A DNA stretch of 45,605 nucleotides from positions 1 through 45,605 of the forward strand of contig JTLS01000022.1 of NCBI GenBank assembly GCA_000826855.1, read 5' to 3'. The notes below the pieces were generated by a model. The model saw only the letters and a list, made by a program, of their open reading frames with translations, ran no database searches and had not been told where the DNA came from. Shown here in pieces: positions 37,251 to 45,605 of this stretch (position 1 is its first letter; every line of letters begins with the position of its first letter). The DNA comes from Basidioascus undulatus. Taxonomy: Eukaryota. The translations under genes were made by a program, and so were the position numbers.

Positions 37251-37611
37251 TTGATGAGCCGGACAGTAGCTGCAACGTTCGTCAAATCCAATCTCGTCCT
37301 CTCCTTGGGACTGCGTGTTACGCCCTGCCTCAAGCTCCCTCGCACGGAGTCACCAAAAGACAGGCATAACTAATGGTCGCAAAGTTGTGCATTATGACCG
37401 GAGCGATGGTCAGACGAATATTTCAAAGGATGAGAATGTGCAACTAGATCGCTGAACGACAAGAACGATAATGCCCCAAGTATCGCACGTTTACATGCAC
37501 TGAAGCAACGCGAGAAATAGCCAGAGCCAAAGGAAAAAAAAATTATCACAACAAATAAAAAAACAGAAAGGAAACCAAACAGTATACGAGCAACTTAACC
37601 GCTCAGCCACG

Positions 37612-40215
37612 CTACGCCTGCGCCTCCCGCTCCTCCTTCATCCTCCTCAGGACCTCCTCCGTCCGAGCCGTGTCGAGCCCCTCCGCCATCAGGATGTCCA
37701 CGACCTCGCCCTGCCCGACGTCGTACCGCTCCGCGAGCTCCCTCACGCCCCTCAAGACATCCGCGTCCGCCTCCTCCCGGACCTGCGTGTTGTCGACCTC
37801 TACGTCCACGTCTTCGTCTCCCTCGCCGTGCTGCTGCTGGTGCGCCTGCCCGCCGTCCTTGTCGAGCGCAGCAGCGGCGGCGGCGGCGGCAGCGGCTGCG
37901 AACAGCTGCGGGTCGATCTCCTGCGGCGACGCGGCGGCGGCGGCCGCCCAGTCGAACTTGAACGGCGCATCGCCCTCGTGCACGGAAAAGTGCGGAAGCG
38001 CGGCGACGGCGGCGGCGGTGGTCTCTTCGAGCGAGAGCGTGCCGCGGTGCGACTGCGAGCGCTGGTGCGAGCGCGAGGAGGATGCGGCGGCTGCGACCAC
38101 GGCTGCAGCGGCGCGCGCCACGGGGTCGTCAGCTTGGTGGCTGCACAAGCGTGCCTGCGTCAGCGCGTGAGAGCCGGCAAGAGAGAAGGTGACGAAATTT
38201 TACTCGACGCCGCTGCCCTGCCCATGACCATGCTCGTCCTGCTCGTCTGTGTTATCTCCCCGGACGTTGATCCTCACGCCACCGTCCTTGAGCTGCCGCG
38301 CGAGCGTGAGGAGTCGGTCTTGGTGATGCACGAAGCGGTTACGCCACGCGTGCCACGTGTGCCGATTGTTCTTTTCGCCAGTCAAAGGACCGCTAGTCAG
38401 ATTGCGTTCGAGTACTCCACACTAGCATGAAGGAGTGAGCAAAGGGTCACGCACGAGCTCCTCAAGCTGCTGCCATATCTTGTTGCCCATACGGCTCGTC
38501 TCGTGCTCGCTCAGCCAGAACGCGACAATCCGGTCGTCCTCGGGCGTGAAGTCGGCCGTGTGGCGCCTGTGTTCCCAGTCCCACCAACAATTGATCAGGA
38601 CTACTTCCACTGCAAGTAACGGATTTCAAAGCACTTCTTGCGCTTCTTGCGAGGGATCACGTCTTCGCTGTCGTCGTCGAAGTCGCTCAGCGCGGCGGAC
38701 GCAGACGCAGAGGCCGACGCCGACTTGGTCCGCCGATTACGCACCGCTGGCGTGGGATCGTACACCGCGGAGGACGCGGCGCTCGGCGCGCTCGCCGAAT
38801 CATGTTCATGCTCGGCGGCATCCGGCTCGGGGAAAATTGGGAGAAGGTCGAGAGGAGGGGCGGGGCTATTGACAGTGCTGTGGTGTGAGGGACGATAGGC
38901 ACAGAAAAATCCGAGGCGGCCTTAGAAAGCCGACGCACCTGTGACTCGACCCTACGCCGTGGTCGTTCTCGTGCACTGGAAAGGTGCCCATGTACGACGA
39001 AGACGCCGCGACAGCGTCAGCGGCCTGTTGGACGTCCGCGATCGCGCGGTCTGCCCGCCGCCGCCGCTCGTTCTGCACGAGCTTGTCGACTTCGTGCCTG
39101 TTCTCGGAGACGAAGTCTCTCCACTGCTCAGGCGTGTACTTGTCGTTCTGTGTATGGCGGCGATGGCGGGGCGGCCGTCAGTTCAGAGGAACGGAGAAGG
39201 GAGCAGTGTTAACACAGGCAGAGACGGATGCAGAACGCACCTTCTCGCTGAGCAGGATGTAGAGCATGTCGTCCTCCGTCGAGAGATGCGCATTGTCGAC
39301 GATGTGCAGCACGAGTGCCTTGACGTCCGGGCCGGTGACCCATGGCCCACGCCTGCATTCAACCGCCAACAGTCCTTCTTCAGCACACACCTCTCTTGCG
39401 TCCGAACGAATAACGAAAGGAGGAAGAGACGCACGGCTTCCTCGTCTTCTTCCCCGCCTTGGCGTCTCCATCGTTGCGCCTCCGCTTGCCCAGACCAAGC
39501 TCGCTATGGCAAGACCGAGGCAAACCCACATCCAACACGTCAGCGACCGCGTCTCGAACAGTCATCCAGCATTGCTAGACACGCACCTCGAGCCCACATC
39601 CACATCGTGCTCGCCCTCGCCCTCATGGTGCACCTGCGGAAAAACCGGCCCGCCCTCATCGTACGAGGCGATGTCTCCCCCGGCATGCGTCGAGGACGGC
39701 CCGGCGGAGGTGCCCACCTCGCCGCTGCCGCTGGCGGCAGGGTCGACGATGGTGAACGAGCTCGCGGCGCTCGCGATCTGCTTCTCGAGCTCCTTGCGGA
39801 TCTGGCGGTCGTAGATCGCCTCGTTTTTGACGTATTGCTCGCGCCACTGTAGTGTGGACTGGATTGTTAGGGATTGCAGGATTCTGGAGAATAGGAAGGC
39901 GCTGAGCGTACGCTGTGCCAGCTGTGGGTCTTGGCCCACGGGTAGCGGTCGAGCTGCAGGGCGGATCGCGAGTGTTGAGTGACGGGGAAGGGATGGACAC
40001 GCAGACCCGAACAACGCACACTCTCAACAAGCGAGGTGTACACCTTGTTGCCCTTTCTCGACTTGCCGCCCGGCGTCACCTCGGCCAGATAGCTATCCAG
40101 TTCAGCCCATGACGAGCCTACTTAGAACGGCGTCGATGGGGCCAGCCAATGGAAGCAATCCAACACACCGGACAAGATGTGCCTTTTCCTCCCTCGTGAA
40201 TTCGGTGCGACCCAT
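37612..40215 (-). CDS. Rap1/TERF2IP-type Myb domain protein: two clear Rap1-type Myb domains, one degenerate Myb and a C-terminal helical (RCT/UBA-like) domain
   Basis: Myb1 is RTEFTREEKAHLVRYLA...RKGNKVYTSLV...YPWAKTHSWHSWREQYVK. Myb3 is DFTPEDDRIVAFWL...RMGNKIWQQLEEL|NNRHTWHAWRNRF. The middle repeat is GPWVTGPDVKALV...YTPEQWRDFV. Confidence 0.75.
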
Positions 40216-40651
40216 CGCGGGCAGTGCTGGGAGCGGATTGGGAATCGCAACTGGAAACTGAATGTCACGATAACCGAGCTCGCGTCGAGGACGCGACTTT
40301 GGTTTGGTTGGGTAAGGTGGGAATGAAGGAGAGAGGAGAGAAAGAGGCTGGACCATTGCGGATGCTTTCGGAATTCATTTCGGCTTTAACGCGACTGCCA
40401 TCGATGGCAGTCGCAACGTTGTTTCGCTTCATAAGTTACAGGTAAAAAATTCTCAGTAAACGAAAATTGCGTAGTACCGTAGTACCCGAGATGTTGTTCA
40501 CCTCCACCGGGCAATAGATAGGTAACTTTGCCACTCAGGACAACAAACGCAGTCTACACAATGCGCAAAAACAACAGCTGCAATGCGATACAACAATGAG
40601 CCACCTTTTCCTCCTCCATTCTCCTTCGCATCCTCCTTCCAGCTCCTCCCC

Positions 40652-43600
40652 TCACGCCTGGCCCGCCACAGCCTTCAAGTCCTTGAGTCTCGCCTCAAGC
40701 CGCGGCACCTCGAGCAGCTGGTGCTCGAGCGCCTGCTTCTCCTCCTGCAGCGCCAGGCGCTTCTCGGCGTCGAGCTCGGTGCTGCGAAGGCGCAAGGCGG
40801 TTAGCGGGAGAAGGACCCCAGAAGAGGGGGAGAGTGAGGAGGGACGCACAAGACGTAGTCGCCTTGACCGGAGAACTGGAGGATCATTTGGTGGTACCTA
40901 TGCGAAGGTTCGGATTAGCACGAATCCTTTGGGAAATTTGTTACAGTGCCGACCCACTTCCACAGCGAAGGCCGGTGCGAGACCGTCAGAAGGGTGATGC
41001 CCATTTCCGTTGCGCGAGTGTAAAACTCGCGCTCGCTGTGCGTTCCCGTACGAAATTCAGTCGCGTGCCATAACCATCACAGCAGCACGCGCAAGACGCA
41101 CATATCGAAGGTCACGGCCGAGGTGGACTCGTCCAGAATCGCGTACTTGGGACGGTGGTAGAACAGGCGGGCCATGGCGATTCGCTGTAGTTCACTGTCA
41201 GTGCTTGCCGCGCAATGGACAGAGCACAGTCAAGGCCAGGTCCTCACCTGCTTGTCACCGCCGGAAAGAGCGTCGCGCCACTCGCGGGTGACGTCCCAGC
41301 CGCCCTCGCGCTCGACAATGTCCTCCATGCCGACGATCGAGAGGTACTCGAGCAGGTCGTCGTCCGTGATGTCACGTTCAAGCATGCGCTCCCGAGTGTC
41401 TGAAAAACTCGCTTCAGTACTATGTTAACCGAAATGTCCAGTCATTTCAGGCGTACCGGGATAGATGACCTGGTCCCGAAGCATGCCGAGGCAGAGGTAC
41501 GGCCTGCGAGAAGGAATCCCACATCAGCGACCAATATCGACAGGAGAAATAGCCATGGACGTACCGTTGAGGGATGTAAGTGAAGGCGGCAGGGGGCGGC
41601 TTGTAGACAGTTCCACCGTAGCCTGGCATTCGGCGTTGTCAGGACGCTGCGCTGCCAGTTTCAAACAGTAACAAAGACCTACACGGCCACAGGCCACCGA
41701 GAATGCGGAATAGCGAGCTCTTGCCTGTGAAAGATCAAGATCAAGGACATCAGCAACGAGCGCCACAACCGGCACGGCGAGGGACGCACCGCAGCCATTC
41801 GGTCCCTGGGACATATCGCATCAGCGCAGTGCTCTACCCGCACGACAACAGAGTTGACCTACAACAACCAGCAAGTGCGAGCCCGACTTGACATTGAACG
41901 TGAGCGCCTGGACCTAAGAGCGCACGAAACGGTCAGCACAGTAACAAGCACACAAGGCAAGGCGAAAACAAACGCACCAGCACGTCGCCGTTCGGGGAAC
42001 AGATGGGCACGTCCACGAAGCGAATCTCGTCCGACTCGACGACCTTTCCGCGCTTTTGCAGCACTGGAGGTTCCACTCCCTGTTCGAAAAGCCAGGTCTT
42101 TGAAAGTGATTTCGATCCGGCAGCAACTTACTCCGCGCATTCTCCTCTGTCCCTCTGGACGAGACGAGGTTCTTGACGTACTTGCCGTCCTTGCTGGATC
42201 CGGCAGGCGCCATCAGTCAAACATTGGATCCATGACGATGGAAGGAATGCGAACCGAGGACGCACACATCCTCGCAAACGTCGAGCAGCTCCGACACGCG
42301 CGCCGTGTGCCCCGCGAGCTCAGAAAGGTCCTTGTACGACTGCAGGATGCGTCCGAACGCGTCGGAGGCAGACAGGAGCAGGCGGCGGTTGGTCACGAAA
42401 CCTGCAAGCAAGTTATCGCATAAGCACCGACGCCTTGCGCAACCTAAGAAAGGCCGGTGCGCACCTTCCGTTCGCGAGCCCATGTCCCCGGGAGCGACGC
42501 CAGGGAGGCGGAAGAAGACCTGCAGACCCATCCATCCTGTCAGTCGTGCTGGAAAGCGGGAGAGCTGGGGCGAGTCGACGCACCGGGATGGCGCAAACGC
42601 ACAGCCCCGTCGCGCCCCAGAGCCACTGGATGATGCCCTGCTCGACGACCGAGTGGACGGCGCGAATCTTGAGCACGCGGTTGACGTGCTTGATCAGGGT
42701 GAAGTAGCTCCGCTCGACCGTGTTCTTCTCTGGGTCTTCGCCGCGGAAGAAGGCGACCTGCAACGGTCGGACTGTGTGAGTCTTGCAGCTCAACTGTCAA
42801 GAGGATTTGGGAAGCAGCACTCACCTCTTCAGCGTTCTCGATCAGGCGTGAGTGGGTGAAGCGCAGCTCGCCCTCAAGCTTGGCCTCCTCGCTGAAAGTT
42901 GCAAAGTGTCAGTTTTACGCCATACGTGCGAACCATTTGAGGAGACTTACGCGGCATAGCGGCCGAAAGACGGAGTCAATGCGCGCACTGCGTTAATTGT
43001 CAGTAAACAGTAACTGGATAGACTGAACCTAGAAACACTCACAAATCGCTGCGCTGGTCTGCACCACGATCGTCAACCCCACCAGACCCTCAGCGCCGAC
43101 GTTGGCAGCCAGCTGCGCATTGTAGATGATGACTGTGGACGCGCACCGCTGTCAGTCCCGCGACACGGCGCCGACAGCTCGCGAAGGACGGACCATCGAG
43201 CACCGGCTTGGCAAGGTTCGAGTAGATCTCCGCAAGCGAGTTCGAGAATCGGTTGACATCGACCGTGATGAGCTGGTCGGCGTTCTTGATCCGGTCATCC
43301 AGGTTGCCTAATAAATCGTTCCCTTCAGTACGCGGCCGTGAGGATATGCAGTGTGCCATAAGGACGCACCGATCTTGTAGAACACCGCGTCGTCCGAGAG
43401 GTAGTCCTTCGAAATCTTGTCGTTCAGACGCGTCCGGTACGCGATCGACAGCTTGGACTGGATGAAGCTGATCATGGCGTTGCAGTACGTTGCGGGGATG
43501 GCGACTGCGTGCTATGTTAGATCAGCGATTTCCTATGACGCAAGGCCGGAGATAGAAGAGGGACGCACCTAGCATCCACCAGCAGATGCGGATGAGGAAT

Positions 43601-44251
43601 TGCCGCGGCTTGGCGCGCACGAGGGCGGAGACGATCCGCCCGTCTAGGGAAGCGACGTAGAGGGAGAGGATGGTGCGGAAGAGGAGAAAGCCGGAGTCTG
43701 TACCACCCTCAAGGTCAATGCGACGCCGATTCCTACTCCTGTTCCTACCAAACTCCAAGACGCACGCATGAAGATGAGGCCAGCCTCCTTCGAGCGGATA
43801 CCTGGTACGACAATGCGGAGGATGCGCTTGAGGCGTTGGAAGAAGACAGCGTCGACCTGGCACGCCCCGCCCACTTTCAGTCTCGGATTCATGCGTTCTA
43901 TCCAAAATGCAGCTCACCTCTACTCTAGGTCCAGTTCTCCTGCCCTTCCTGCCCTTTCTGTCCTTCCCTCCTCGAGCGCCCTCGTCCCCGCCCTTCTTCG
44001 CACCCTTGCCGCTTAAGCCATACCAGCTCGACTGCCGCGCCCGTGATCCATCAGCGCCACCCCCACAGCTCAACGCCTGAGTGGACACTCACGCCCAGCG
44101 CATAGAGTACCCAAAGGGTGAAGAGGCCCTTCTGTATCGTCGGGCGGTTGGCGGAGTATGAGGAGGAGAAGCGGGAGATGAGCTGTGTTGCCCGTTCGCG
44201 TGTTTGTGGAGAGAGTCGGGAAGACAGCGCGGACTGGATGGTCGCGCTCAT
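40652..44251 (-). CDS. PXA2: Peroxisomal ABC half-transporter (ABCD family), Pxa2-like; >20 introns
   Basis: Contains [33 protein letters not shown], the EAA-like [23 protein letters not shown] and [17 protein letters not shown]. The NBD has Walker A GPNGCGKSS, signature LSGGDKQR, Walker B ILDESTS and [11 protein letters not shown]. Confidence 0.93.
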
Positions 44252-44491
44252 TGGTGAAATGGGTGGTTGAGGAGGGGATGATTGTGGTTGGAAGACAAGC
44301 TGCAGCGCATGGCGACATTCGAAACGGTTGAGCGGCCAGGAGTAGCCGGCCCGATGGAATCACATGCAAGACACTGCGAGATGACGCAAAGCTTTGCTGC
44401 TTCTTTGGCGCTCAACAACGAAACGCTCAACTTCGCCGTTCGAGTCTTCGCGCTCGCCGTTCGTGTTCGATCTTTAGTCTTGATCGGTATC
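44252..44491. promoter_or_regulatory. Putative bidirectional promoter between PXA2 and BUD27
   Basis: The divergent ATGs are 240 bp apart. Confidence 0.55.
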
Positions 44492-45605
44492 ATGTCCCTC
44501 GCTCTCGCACAAACCGCGCTCAAGCACGAGCTGTATGCGCTTGAGGCGCAGCTTGTCAGGCTGCGTACGCTCGAGGCTGACTTTGGCAAGCTCGGTGGGA
44601 CGCTGGCGGGCCTGACGGACGAGGTCAAGTGGAACGATGTCGTTGTGCGTACTCGCTCCCACATCCACAACAAATTTAGGGGAATTGATCTGAGAACATG
44701 GACACAGATTCCCATCTCTCCGCTCGCGACCATGCCCGGGTCGCTGGTCCACACGAACGACATCCTCGTCCGCCTCGGCGGAGGGCTGAACGACGACAAG
44801 GAGGGGGACTACTATGTCGAGTTGACGGCCAAGCAGGCCAGCGGGGTTGCAAAGCGGAAGATGGAAGGTGCGCTTGATTGCGCTGCATACCTCCTTAACG
44901 CGTGTGCTCAAGAGTTGTGCTGGTGGAAAAGCCGCCAAGCGGGAACGCGAAAACGTGCAGGGCCGCATTCAGACGATCAGGCAGAAGATCGACATCCTCC
45001 GCTCGCCTGGGCCTGCGAAGGCATACGCACCGACGCCCACATCCGCGAAGCCTACACCGCGTTCGTCGCCCTCCACGACAACCGCCGCCTCGCCGAAGCC
45101 GACTGCGACTGTATCTGCACCTACCCCTCCCGCGTCTTCCCCGCTCGCAGTGCAGATCGACCCGAACCAGAAGGTCCGCCATATTTTTTAACTGACATAC
45201 TTTCACCTTCTTGCTCAAACCCACGCTTCTCAGATCTTGAACGAAGACGGCGAGCCGATCGTCGAGATCCGGGAAGACGTCCCCTCGGGCGCAGGCGCAT
45301 TCTCGACCGCCCCGCGCGCCCGGCCCGGCGCGGTCCTGTTCGACGAGGACCGCGCAGCGTGGAGCAGCGAGGCGCGGGGGAAGGAACGAGTCCAGAAGTT
45401 CAAGAAGCTTTTGGAGGAGCTCAGGGATGAGGATGGGGACGATGATGGGGACGAGGACGAGGCGGGCGAGGATGTCCGAATGGAGGACGAGGAGACCAAG
45501 CAGAACGGCAAGAGTCCCATGGACATCTCACCTAGCCCGGCCGCGCCCGCGCCGGAGGCTGAGGCTGCGCCGACACCCGCGCCGGCGCCGGCGCCGCCCA
45601 AGGTC
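44492..45605 (+). CDS. BUD27: Unconventional prefoldin RPB5 interactor (URI/Bud27); 3' end lies beyond the window
   Basis: Has an alpha-prefoldin-like segment IPISPLATMPGSLVHTNDILVRLG...YYVELTAKQASGVAKRK, then ILNEDGEPIVEIREDV and an acidic tract. Confidence 0.85.

Noticed and set aside
12059..40215. NSE1, EME1 and the Rap1-like gene as a genome-maintenance cluster
   Set aside because: They are separated by unrelated genes, with no shared regulatory motif or synteny evidence.

Overview
This is eukaryotic, intron-rich, GC-rich fungal DNA. It is a basidiomycete, probably Pucciniomycotina, inferred from short ~60-nt introns, GTGCGT/GTACGC/GTGAGT donors and CTGAC/CTAAC branch sites. The ORF track is therefore mostly exon fragments or spurious, and I spliced the genes by hand. 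The window holds 13 gene models: NMT1 (5'-truncated), an OPT oligopeptide transporter with about 48 introns, mitochondrial uL15, an orphan coiled-coil gene head-to-head with NSE1, CHO1, a quinate-permease-like MFS transporter, SSO1 syntaxin, PRP28, EME1/MMS4, a Rap1-like multi-Myb protein, a peroxisomal ABCD transporter (PXA2-like) and BUD27/URI (3'-truncated). Lower-GC intervals between them contain a MYND-finger pseudogene, other decayed coding fragments, a tandem array of GCGAAGC mini-hairpins and a CpG-depleted, hairpin-rich transposon-like relic. I found no rRNA, tRNA or CRISPR array, and I cannot support a new multi-gene system. The strongest oddities are the hyper-fragmented OPT gene with three non-canonical splice sites, altered conserved motifs in NMT and the Nse1 RING, and the BRCT-less Rap1-like protein.
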